Source: Candidatus Sumerlaeia bacterium (GTDB lineage Bacteria; Sumerlaeota; Sumerlaeia; SLMS01). Taken from it: DNA of 53,047 nucleotides. Shown in pieces: positions 1 to 7,721 of the stretch. Below the pieces are notes generated by a model. That model made no database searches, had not been told where the DNA came from, and saw only the letters and a list, made by a program, of their open reading frames with translations. The stretch spans positions 1 through 53,047 of the forward strand of contig JBBQYG010000007.1 of assembly GCA_038208905.1 (NCBI GenBank), given 5' to 3'. The position numbers and the translations under genes are program-made. The first letter of the stretch is position 1; the number at the start of each line of letters is the position of its first letter.

Positions 1-613
1 CCATGTGCGGGCGAACGCCTTCGCGATCCGAAGGAGTGGCCACCCTCGCCTGAATGCCCCGCTCTTGAATGGCTGCGATCACCGTTGCGTTTCTCGGCGA
101 CTCGGCGATCACGACGGGCACCGCTGGATCGAGCGTCGCCACAACTTCCCGCGCACGCCCGGCCGGGTCGGGGGAGAAGACATCCAGATGATCCGGCGCG
201 TCCACCGCGAGCGCCTGAACCGTGGGGATGATGATGCGGCTCGCGATCACGCGCTGGAGTTCCGGCGCGATCGCCATGTTCTCGACGATGAGCGCATCAA
301 CTCCCTCGATTTGGTTCGAGAATGCCAGACGCCGCAACTCGCGTATATTCGCGGGGCCACGTCGGTGCTGTGGCTGCTCGCTGCCATCCCTCATGATCAT
401 CATCGGCGCGTCGCCGGTCACTCGCCCAAGCGCCTCGTGTCCTGCCGCGCGAAACCCCGTGTGCAGTAGCCGCGTCAGCGTGGATTTTCCGCGCATCCCG
501 CCAACAAGCACGCGGTGGGGAATTGCCGCCATGCGCCGCGATGCGATGCGGTGACCGGTCGTGGCACCCGCAACCCACAACAACCATAGCGCGGCGGCGG
601 CGGTCGCTTCCAC
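1..613 (-). CDS. capB: Poly-gamma-glutamate synthase CapB/PgsB-like Mur-type ligase (partial, 3' end outside window)
   Basis: Hand translation from GTG at 613, immediately after the stop of the 616..1905 gene, is open to the window edge. It gives a hydrophobic N-terminus, then IPHRVLVGGMRGKSTLTRL (P-loop), GRVTGDAPMMI, RRGPANIRE, ALIVENMAIAPELQ and PDHLDVF. These are colinear with the PgsB motifs NGIRGKSTVTRL, GKTTG, GPNIGE, VSECMAVNPDYQ and EDHMDVM. Not in the ORF track. Confidence 0.85.
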   Translation of the reverse strand, partial: MEATAAAALWLLWVAGATTGHRIASRRMAAIPHRVLVGGMRGKSTLTRLLHTGFRAAGHEALGRVTGDAPMMIMRDGSEQPQHRRGPANIRELRRLAFSNQIEGVDALIVENMAIAPELQRVIASRIIIPTVQALAVDAPDHLDVFSPDPAGRAREVVATLDPAVPVVIAESPRNATVIAAIQERGIQARVATPSDREGVRPHM

Positions 614-615
614 GA

Positions 616-1905
616 TCAGTCTTCCACGATGGTTGCCGGCGGTTGTCCGCCGGGGCCGTGAAGATACTGGCCGAGGCCATCCGCCACCAGCGCCTTATAG
701 GACGGCAGACCACCCAGCTCCACGGCCCTGTCCGGCTCCATTTCCGAGAAGGCCTCGATCAGCCGCTTCGCCCCCTGCACATGGCGACCCGCGCGCAGCT
801 CGATGGGGATGCCGCCCTCGGGGATCGAGACATAGAGTATCTTGCGGCTGCGCTCGCCGGGCTCCCTGCCCGCGGCGATGGCTTTCGCCGCGTCGTTGGC
901 CAGGCGCTCATTGAGCTTCTTCTGAATCAACTCCGCGCGGTGATAGGTCAGGTCGATCCCCTTGGTAATCTGTTCTTCGTTTACCCGGCCCTTTAGTCGC
1001 CCCTGGGCCACGTTCGCGCTTTCGAAGAGCACGGGCATCGCCGGGCTTCCATCGCCCCACTCCCTGTGGCTCAGGCCGCGCAGCATGATCGCCGATGCAT
1101 CAAGGCCGATTTCCACGCCATCTTCCGAAAGGCTGAGCGTCGCCCAAGAGGCCACGTCTGCCGCCCGCTGATGAGCCACCATGACGTTGATCGTGGGATA
1201 CTCGGGAGATGCCTCGTGAAAGTCGATGGCGAGTCCGACCCCCTCTTTGCGAATCAGCGTCATGATCGCATAACCCACCTGCTCGGTCATCGTGCCGTCG
1301 GCCTTGCCGGGATAGACGCGATTGAGGTTGCGGGAGTCGGATCCTGCCAGCGTCTGGTTGCCCGGCCCTGGATTGTTGGGTCCGCAATCGACGCAGAGCC
1401 CATCCCAGAATTCGCCGCGCGGATTCACGTAGATCGTGGGATCCGGCCACTGCTTTACCGGGGCCGTGAATCGCGATCCATTGCGGAAGACACGCATTCC
1501 GTGCGGTGTTTCGATACGATACGAGTGCACCATCGCCTCCTGGCTATCGGTGTGCATGAACCCCGCCTTATTGGCGCGCGGGATCACGATCACGCGGCCA
1601 GCAGAGACACGCAGGTTCTCCAGAATCGCAACTGCCGCCACATACGCGGCGGGCTCGTTGGGGTGTGTGCCGCCACAGATCAGCACCGTGCCGCCGGGCT
1701 TCTCGCCCTCGAAGTAGTAAATCTCCGTGTCGCCCGCCGCGCCCTTCAGCTCTGGCTTGTAGTCGCTCAGCATCCCTTGTCGCGTCAGCGCGGCGGACGG
1801 AAAAAGCGGCTCTGGCGTCCACTGGCGGACGAATTTTGCCCCCGCCACGGCGCAGGCCAGCAGCGAAATCGCAAGAAGGGCATGGGCACGATGAATTGGA
1901 TTCAT
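616..1905 (-). CDS. Secreted succinylglutamate desuccinylase/aspartoacylase (M14-like Zn) family protein
   Basis: Signal-like N-terminus; GGTHPNE (HxxE), RNLNRVYPG, IDFHEA and a late FES glutamate. Confidence 0.85.
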   Translation of the reverse strand: MNPIHRAHALLAISLLACAVAGAKFVRQWTPEPLFPSAALTRQGMLSDYKPELKGAAGDTEIYYFEGEKPGGTVLICGGTHPNEPAAYVAAVAILENLRVSAGRVIVIPRANKAGFMHTDSQEAMVHSYRIETPHGMRVFRNGSRFTAPVKQWPDPTIYVNPRGEFWDGLCVDCGPNNPGPGNQTLAGSDSRNLNRVYPGKADGTMTEQVGYAIMTLIRKEGVGLAIDFHEASPEYPTINVMVAHQRAADVASWATLSLSEDGVEIGLDASAIMLRGLSHREWGDGSPAMPVLFESANVAQGRLKGRVNEEQITKGIDLTYHRAELIQKKLNERLANDAAKAIAAGREPGERSRKILYVSIPEGGIPIELRAGRHVQGAKRLIEAFSEMEPDRAVELGGLPSYKALVADGLGQYLHGPGGQPPATIVED

Positions 1906-1915
1906 GGCATCTTTC

Positions 1916-2062
1916 TCACTTCATTCCAAACAGACGGAGAAGCAGCGGGATCAGCACCAGCGCGCACACCGCCTGCAGGCCCCACTCCTTCTCGCGATAG
2001 AGCACCCACACCGTAAGCCCCACCAGATAGGCCGTAATTGCGATGTACAGGATGACGATCAT
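1916..2062 (-). CDS. Small two-helix membrane protein (48 aa)
   Basis: ATG at 2062 with G-rich RBS; MIVILYIAITAYLVGLTVWVLYREKEWGLQAVCALVLIPLLLRLFGMK; fills the gap between permease and deacylase. Confidence 0.75.
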   Translation of the reverse strand: MIVILYIAITAYLVGLTVWVLYREKEWGLQAVCALVLIPLLLRLFGMK

Positions 2063-2066
2063 GATC

Positions 2067-3416
2067 TCACGGCCCCCCCTGCACGAGAATAGCCGACAGC
2101 GGCGCCGCGTACTGAATCGCCAGCAGGCCCACGACACAAGTCGCAATGCCCGGTAGAAGGCACCAGCGGAGAACCTTCATATAGTCCTTTTCGCCCACTA
2201 CCTGAGCCGCAAACAAGCCCGCCAGCGCCGTCGGCGGCATCAGGTCGCCCAGGCCCACGATCACCGAAAGCGACGCAGTATTCATCACGATAACTCCCGA
2301 ACTGGTCGGCAGCGCCATCACGAAGGGAACCCCCAGCACCGACGCCGCACCGAAGGACGACACCGCTCCGAAAAGCGGCATCGTGATTCCGATCATCGGA
2401 TACAGCCCCGTCCAGCCGCGCGGCAACTGGAGCGCCTGGATCACCACCTCGCCGCGCGCGCCCGTCAGAGTCATGATTTGGATGAACATTCCAACACCCA
2501 TCAGGATGCCCAGAATCGGCATCGCCGTGCGCATCGCGTCGCGGGATGCCTCCAGCACATTGAACTTCGCGCCCGTACAGCAGGCGATCGCCGCGCCCAG
2601 CACAAAGATCATCGGCAATCCCAGATCAACGATTCCCGGGGCGATGCGCTCCGTGCCCAGCAATCCCACCACCACCACCAGCGGCAGGAACATCAGCGGC
2701 CCGCGGCGATTGGCGCCCTCGATCGATAGGATCTCCGGCATCTGCTTCTCCGCGCGCCAGCAGTGGGGGAGCCCCAGCCACAGCGTCGTCCCAATCGCCA
2801 GCGGCAACGTCAACACGAGCAGCGGCAGGTCCAGCCCCACATACGGCAAATCCACGCCTGCCGCGATGATCAGCGCAGGCACGTTGACCGGCGGCGCGAC
2901 CATGCCAAAGAGCGCCGCCATCGCGATGATCGCGCCCGCCTTGGCCCGCGGGATTCCCATCCCCATCAAAACCGGCGCCATGATGGCTCCCGTCGTCAGC
3001 ACTCCCGCCGTGGAGGATCCCGTCAGCATTCCGGGCATCATGATGATTACCGTGATCGCCACCAGCAGCAGCGCGGGCGCGCGAAACAGGGCCCGAATCG
3101 TCGCGTTGGAGAGCGTCCTGAGCAGCCCATTCCTCTCGATCGAAAACATGAAAATCATCGCCGTGGCGATCATCAGGATCGGATCGAAATAGGCAAACGT
3201 GCCCTCCGCTAGATGCCGCACCAGATCGGAGAGCGGAAACAGGCTGCCCCCGACAATGGCGCCGACCAAGGCGCCAAGCATCATCGCCAGCCCGATCTGG
3301 AGCTTGAGGAGAAAGGCGCCGAGGAGAAAGGCGGCGGTCATCGAAAAGAAGACCGCGATTTCGTGAACTCCGACAGTCTGGCCCAATGGTCGATCATTTC
3401 CCCATGACGGACCCAT
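2067..3416 (-). CDS. TRAP large permease (DctM-like) / IT-superfamily transporter
   Basis: Many hydrophobic segments; PGMLTGSSTAG, GMVAPPVN and DLMPPTA motifs. The start may be TTG at 3386. Confidence 0.8.
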   Translation of the reverse strand: MGPSWGNDRPLGQTVGVHEIAVFFSMTAAFLLGAFLLKLQIGLAMMLGALVGAIVGGSLFPLSDLVRHLAEGTFAYFDPILMIATAMIFMFSIERNGLLRTLSNATIRALFRAPALLLVAITVIIMMPGMLTGSSTAGVLTTGAIMAPVLMGMGIPRAKAGAIIAMAALFGMVAPPVNVPALIIAAGVDLPYVGLDLPLLVLTLPLAIGTTLWLGLPHCWRAEKQMPEILSIEGANRRGPLMFLPLVVVVGLLGTERIAPGIVDLGLPMIFVLGAAIACCTGAKFNVLEASRDAMRTAMPILGILMGVGMFIQIMTLTGARGEVVIQALQLPRGWTGLYPMIGITMPLFGAVSSFGAASVLGVPFVMALPTSSGVIVMNTASLSVIVGLGDLMPPTALAGLFAAQVVGEKDYMKVLRWCLLPGIATCVVGLLAIQYAAPLSAILVQGGP

Positions 3417-3428
3417 CGGGCCCGGTGG

Positions 3429-4421
3429 TTAGCTCTTGGCCGCGAAGGCCTTCAGCGCGGCGGACAATCCCGCTATCAGTTCTTCTTTCGTCGGCGTTCC
3501 CTGCGTCCTGAACAGAGCTTCGCCGCGATAGCTCACTAGCACCGCCGCCTGGGGAGTCGTCACGCCCAGCCTCTGCGCCATCGACACCTGCACCGCCGGA
3601 TCATACTCCGTGCAGATGCACATTGCCAGCAGCGCCTGCACTTCGGGCTCGTCGAACACCGGCGCGCGAGGCGGCGCACCGTCGCCAAGCTGCCGCGCCA
3701 CGGCCAGAATCGGCTTTCCCGTAAAGCGCGCGCGCTCCACCGCCGCCGTGTCCATGGCCCCCCACAAGATGCCCTTGGGCGCGACGCCCGTCACTTCCAG
3801 CGTCACCATCGCCATGCCTTCCGCTACGCCAATCTTCGCGCGCAGAGTCTGCTTCATCGCGATCACGCCGGGGCCACGATCAATCAGCTCCAGCAGCACG
3901 TCGATGGAGCCTGTCGGGCCCGTCAGCACCGCCGGGATTCCCGGTGCCGCGTTCAGGCGCATGAAGACGTCCAGCCCAACCCCTACGGCCTCGCCCGCTT
4001 CCAGAAACCGCTCCGGCGGGCGTTGCACTTCGCGGAACTCCAGCTTGGCCGGCATCAGCGGCCCCGTTGGCCACTTCACTGGCTCTGCCTTCACGGGGAC
4101 TTCGCCTTCCGTGATTCCCAGAATATCGCGCAGCGACTTCTTCAGGTAGATTCCCTCGGACGTCGTGCCATTCGAGGCCGTGTACATCCCCATCGTACGC
4201 CCATTTGGCGCGCTCACGCGGATCGGTGCGCCGATCGCGATACCAAGGCGCATTGCCGCCGCCGGACTAAGTCCCGCCACGTCGCCATGCGCCAAGAAGT
4301 CCTTCGGCGGCTTCAGCACGCGCTTGAACTCCACTGGAATGGCATTCTGGGCCGACAGCGGAGTTCCACCCGAAACAACAGTCAAGGTCAGGATCAGCAG
4401 AAGGCGAAGGAACATGGTCAT
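3429..4421 (-). CDS. Exported protein with two tandem double-psi-beta-barrel-like repeats and a C-terminal thioredoxin-like domain lacking CxxC
   Basis: Signal peptide; internal repeat EFKRVLKPPKDFL..IYLKKSLRDILGITEG versus EFREVQRPPERFL..IAMKQTLRAKIGVAEG; C-terminal ARFTGKPIL..MAQRLGVTTPQAAVLVSYRGE. Confidence 0.65.
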   Translation of the reverse strand: MTMFLRLLLILTLTVVSGGTPLSAQNAIPVEFKRVLKPPKDFLAHGDVAGLSPAAAMRLGIAIGAPIRVSAPNGRTMGMYTASNGTTSEGIYLKKSLRDILGITEGEVPVKAEPVKWPTGPLMPAKLEFREVQRPPERFLEAGEAVGVGLDVFMRLNAAPGIPAVLTGPTGSIDVLLELIDRGPGVIAMKQTLRAKIGVAEGMAMVTLEVTGVAPKGILWGAMDTAAVERARFTGKPILAVARQLGDGAPPRAPVFDEPEVQALLAMCICTEYDPAVQVSMAQRLGVTTPQAAVLVSYRGEALFRTQGTPTKEELIAGLSAALKAFAAKS

Positions 4422-4427
4422 GCTGGG

Positions 4428-6125
4428 TCACCTCGTCGCGGTTGCCTTCGGCGGCTCCGCCAAACCCTTCGACACGCCATCCCGCCGTGCATCCGCCGCG
4501 CCCGTCAGGAGACCTGTCTTCGGGTCCCGCGCCACAGCGTGGACGCCGCCGAAGAACATATCCATCTCCCCGTGTTTGTTGACCTTGTGCCCCTTTGCCG
4601 CAAGCGCGGCCAACGTCTCCGCTGAAAATCCGGATTCCACCTCCAGAATCTCATCCCGATACAGGGCGGAAATCCGGGGAATATCCAATGCCTCCTGCAG
4701 GGGTAGCCCAAAATCCAGAATATTTACCAGAACTTCCGTCACCGTCGTGGTAATCCGGTAGTTGCCGGGCGAACCCATGGCCAGAATGGACTGACCATCC
4801 TTGGTGACGATCACCGGCGATTGCGTCGAGTTCATCCGCTTGCCCGGATAGAGTGCGTTGGGCGACGAGGCCGATGGTGAGAAATTTTTCATCTGGTCGT
4901 TCAACACGATCCCCAGCCCCGGCGCCGTCACGCCCACGCCGAAGTAGCCGCCCAGTGTCTGGGTAATGGAAACCGCGTTCCCCTTGGCATCCATGATCGT
5001 GAAGTGAGTGGTGCTGCCGGGGCCTTGGTCAACCGGGCCCACCGGAATCTCGGCGACTGTCAACGCTCTGGAGGGATTCACCAGCTTCGCGCGCTGATCG
5101 GAATACTCGTCGCTCAGAAGCCACTCCGTTGGTATCTTCGTGAACATGGGATCGCCACTCACCGCGTAGCGGTCGCGCGAGCCCAGCTTCATCGCCTCCG
5201 CCATCAAGTGCAGGTTTTGCGGCGAGGACGCACCCGCCGCGATGTCGAGGGGCAGGCGCTCGATCAGATTCAGGTTTAGCAGCACCCCGATCCCCCCCAT
5301 CGGCATCGTGGGCGCATAGATCTTCATGCCGCGATAGTCGATCGAAAGGGCCTCTGTCCGCCGCGCCTTGTAGGCCTTCAGGTCGTCCAGCGTAATCAGG
5401 CTGCCCTGCCCCCGCGTGCCCGCCACGAACTGCTCGCCGATGGGCCCGCCATAGAAGATCTCGGGTCCATTCTCGGCAATCAGGCGCAACGTTTTCGCCA
5501 GCATCGGATTCCTCAGTCGCTGGCCCACCTCAGGCGGAAACTCTTCCACCAGGAACATCTTCACCATCTCGGGATTTGCGGCAATCTTGTCATAGGAATC
5601 CGAAATCACCTTGGAAAGCGCGGGCCCCACTGCGTAGCCGTTCTCCGCCATATCTATTGCTGGCTGCATGACCTCGGCCAGCGACAACTGTCCATATTGC
5701 TCGTGGAATGCACAGGTTCCCGCGATCAATCCGGGCACCGCGAAGCTCTTTCCGCCCTTTGTCCATTCACTGCGTGTGGATTCGGGATAAGTATTCCGCG
5801 TGGCCGCCATTGGTGCCGCGCAGCGATACTCGAAAGCGTCCACCTTGTTCTCGCTGGCGATGTAGATCATTGCGATTCCGTCGCCACCAATGCCGGAACC
5901 GAAGGGCTCCGCCACGCCGACGGCGAATGCCACCGCCGCCGCCGCATCCACGGCATTGCCCCCCTTTTCCATCATCCGGAGTCCTGCCTCAACGGCCAGA
6001 GGATGGGCCGCCGCGACCATGCCGTACTGGCTGGTGCTCGTGCGCGAGACAGGCGCGAGGCCGTAAGCCGTTTGGATCGCGGCGCCCATCAGCACCGCGA
6101 CCGCGATCAAGCGGAGCGTCTTCAA
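4428..6125 (-). CDS. ggt: Gamma-glutamyltransferase family protein, CapD-like
   Basis: GMVAAAHPLAVEAG, GGNAVDAA, SGIGGDG, nucleophile STTHF, PGKR, GAADARRDG; signal peptide; TTG start. Confidence 0.93.
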   Translation of the reverse strand: MKTLRLIAVAVLMGAAIQTAYGLAPVSRTSTSQYGMVAAAHPLAVEAGLRMMEKGGNAVDAAAAVAFAVGVAEPFGSGIGGDGIAMIYIASENKVDAFEYRCAAPMAATRNTYPESTRSEWTKGGKSFAVPGLIAGTCAFHEQYGQLSLAEVMQPAIDMAENGYAVGPALSKVISDSYDKIAANPEMVKMFLVEEFPPEVGQRLRNPMLAKTLRLIAENGPEIFYGGPIGEQFVAGTRGQGSLITLDDLKAYKARRTEALSIDYRGMKIYAPTMPMGGIGVLLNLNLIERLPLDIAAGASSPQNLHLMAEAMKLGSRDRYAVSGDPMFTKIPTEWLLSDEYSDQRAKLVNPSRALTVAEIPVGPVDQGPGSTTHFTIMDAKGNAVSITQTLGGYFGVGVTAPGLGIVLNDQMKNFSPSASSPNALYPGKRMNSTQSPVIVTKDGQSILAMGSPGNYRITTTVTEVLVNILDFGLPLQEALDIPRISALYRDEILEVESGFSAETLAALAAKGHKVNKHGEMDMFFGGVHAVARDPKTGLLTGAADARRDGVSKGLAEPPKATATR

Positions 6126-6158
6126 TGATGTGGCCTTTCCAGAATACTGAACAGGATG

Positions 6159-6782
6159 CTACTCCGCCGGGCTTGCGGCGGCCTTGCCAAACAGCGTCGC
6201 CAGAACGGCGCCCGCCGCGGGCTTCGCCTCCACCACCTCGTAGCGGATATTCTTCTCTTCGCAGATCGCCTTGAAGAATCCGTCCTCGTCGCCACCCTTC
6301 CACACGATGAAGACGGCGGAACTCTCGCAAACCATGCGATTGAACGAGTCAGACATCTCGCCGCGGCGGGCTTCGCCGCCGATATGCACGCCGATCACGG
6401 GTATCCCCAGCTCCTTGGCCTTCGCCAGCAACTCCTTGCCGCGCGCCATCTCCTGATCGGAATCCAATCCCGCGGCCCCAAGGCCCTTCGTGCTGGCGCC
6501 CACGCCGACCACTAGCGTCTTCACGCCGGCCAGTGCATCGGCCTTTGCCAGCGGATCCGCCGTGAACTCCACCGCGGCGGACTTTCGCAGCATCACTTCG
6601 ACCAGCTTGCCGGTGTTCCCCTGCCCGATATCCGTCACCAAGGCGGGGCCTCCAAATGACTTCACCGTTTCCGCTGCTGCTGCCGGAGCGGCGGCGGGGG
6701 CCTCCTCTGAAACCCCCGCTGCCGGCAGGCAAAGCGCCGCGCCAACAAGGGCGGCCATCGTTATTCTCACAATGATCATCAT
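6159..6782 (-). CDS. DUF6305 family exported protein
   Basis: Signal peptide and Ala/Pro linker, then TDIGQG, KTLVVGVGASTKGLGAAG, HIGGEARRG and GDEDGFF, which I recognise as DUF6305. Confidence 0.8.
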   Translation of the reverse strand: MMIIVRITMAALVGAALCLPAAGVSEEAPAAAPAAAAETVKSFGGPALVTDIGQGNTGKLVEVMLRKSAAVEFTADPLAKADALAGVKTLVVGVGASTKGLGAAGLDSDQEMARGKELLAKAKELGIPVIGVHIGGEARRGEMSDSFNRMVCESSAVFIVWKGGDEDGFFKAICEEKNIRYEVVEAKPAAGAVLATLFGKAAASPAE

Positions 6783-6813
6783 GCGTTTTCCCTTTCCGCG
6801 TTTTTTCAGTCGG

Positions 6814-7518
6814 TTACTTGCCATCCATGAAGCCAATGCCCGGCCCCATCATGAAGACGTTTCCTGTGCTGATTGTACCGTTCGAAGGGTCATACGCGTC
6901 GCGCTTATCAACGCTGCCGTTCACCGCAGGAACCTCCGGACCCTGCCCGAGCGACGCCAGCGCGCCCGCCCCACCTACCGGCCCATCGGAGCGCAGAAGC
7001 CAGCCGCCGCTGATGTATTGCTCACCCCAGAGCACGCGATACGTAGCCCCAGTCGTCGAGGCTGTTGGGTTCAAGGCGTTGGGGACGAAGCGCGCATAGG
7101 TGGCTCGATCCGCATACAGCAGGCATCGAACGTCGGCATTAGTCCGGCCTGGGACGGTCGTTTCCTCCCGGCTGAAAACATCCTGGGGAACCTGCGTGAT
7201 GTAGGCGATTGGAGTCGTCACGCCCCTTAGGCGAACGATGCGCGGGTTCTTGGTCCTGAATGTTGCATCCACCGAGAAGCCCGGTCCCGCGGCGGCGGCA
7301 AACGCCTCGGGATACTTGTTCCAGTCCACATAGTAGGACTCGATCGCCGTCGCGGTTGATCGCATGTCCGCCTTCACGCGCGAGACCTTGGATCGCGTCT
7401 GTGCCTCCAGGAAGTTCGGCACGGCGATCGCCGCGAGGATGGCGATGATCGCCACCACGATCAAAAGTTCAATCAGGGTGAAGCCCTTCTGCTGTCCTGC
7501 ACAGGATGGTTTTCTCAT
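6814..7518 (-). CDS. Prepilin-type N-terminal cleavage/methylation protein (pilin/pseudopilin-like)
   Basis: KG|FTLIELLIVVAIIAILAAIAVPNFLEAQTRSKVSRVKADMRS; TTPIAYIT..P.DVF; C-terminal YDPSNGTISTGN. Confidence 0.93.
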   Translation of the reverse strand: MRKPSCAGQQKGFTLIELLIVVAIIAILAAIAVPNFLEAQTRSKVSRVKADMRSTATAIESYYVDWNKYPEAFAAAAGPGFSVDATFRTKNPRIVRLRGVTTPIAYITQVPQDVFSREETTVPGRTNADVRCLLYADRATYARFVPNALNPTASTTGATYRVLWGEQYISGGWLLRSDGPVGGAGALASLGQGPEVPAVNGSVDKRDAYDPSNGTISTGNVFMMGPGIGFMDGK

Positions 7519-7721
7519 GGTCGCTCTGTGTCTCTCTCGGGGGGAATAGGCTGAATGCATGCACACCAGAAAGCCGTCCCACCTGAATTGGGGCGAGTCA
7601 ATGAAAAACGTGTGGCGAGGCGCGGGGGGGACGGTTTTCCTCTTGCCTTTCCGCCCGGCGATTCCCCACCCTTAAACTGATCGCACCGCATCATCCCACG
7701 ACAAGGCGCAGGGCGAACCAC

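Noticed and set aside
5-996. Plus-strand ORFs 5..469, 222..554 and 523..996
   Set aside because: Antisense shadows of the CapB-like and M14 genes; no recognisable motifs.
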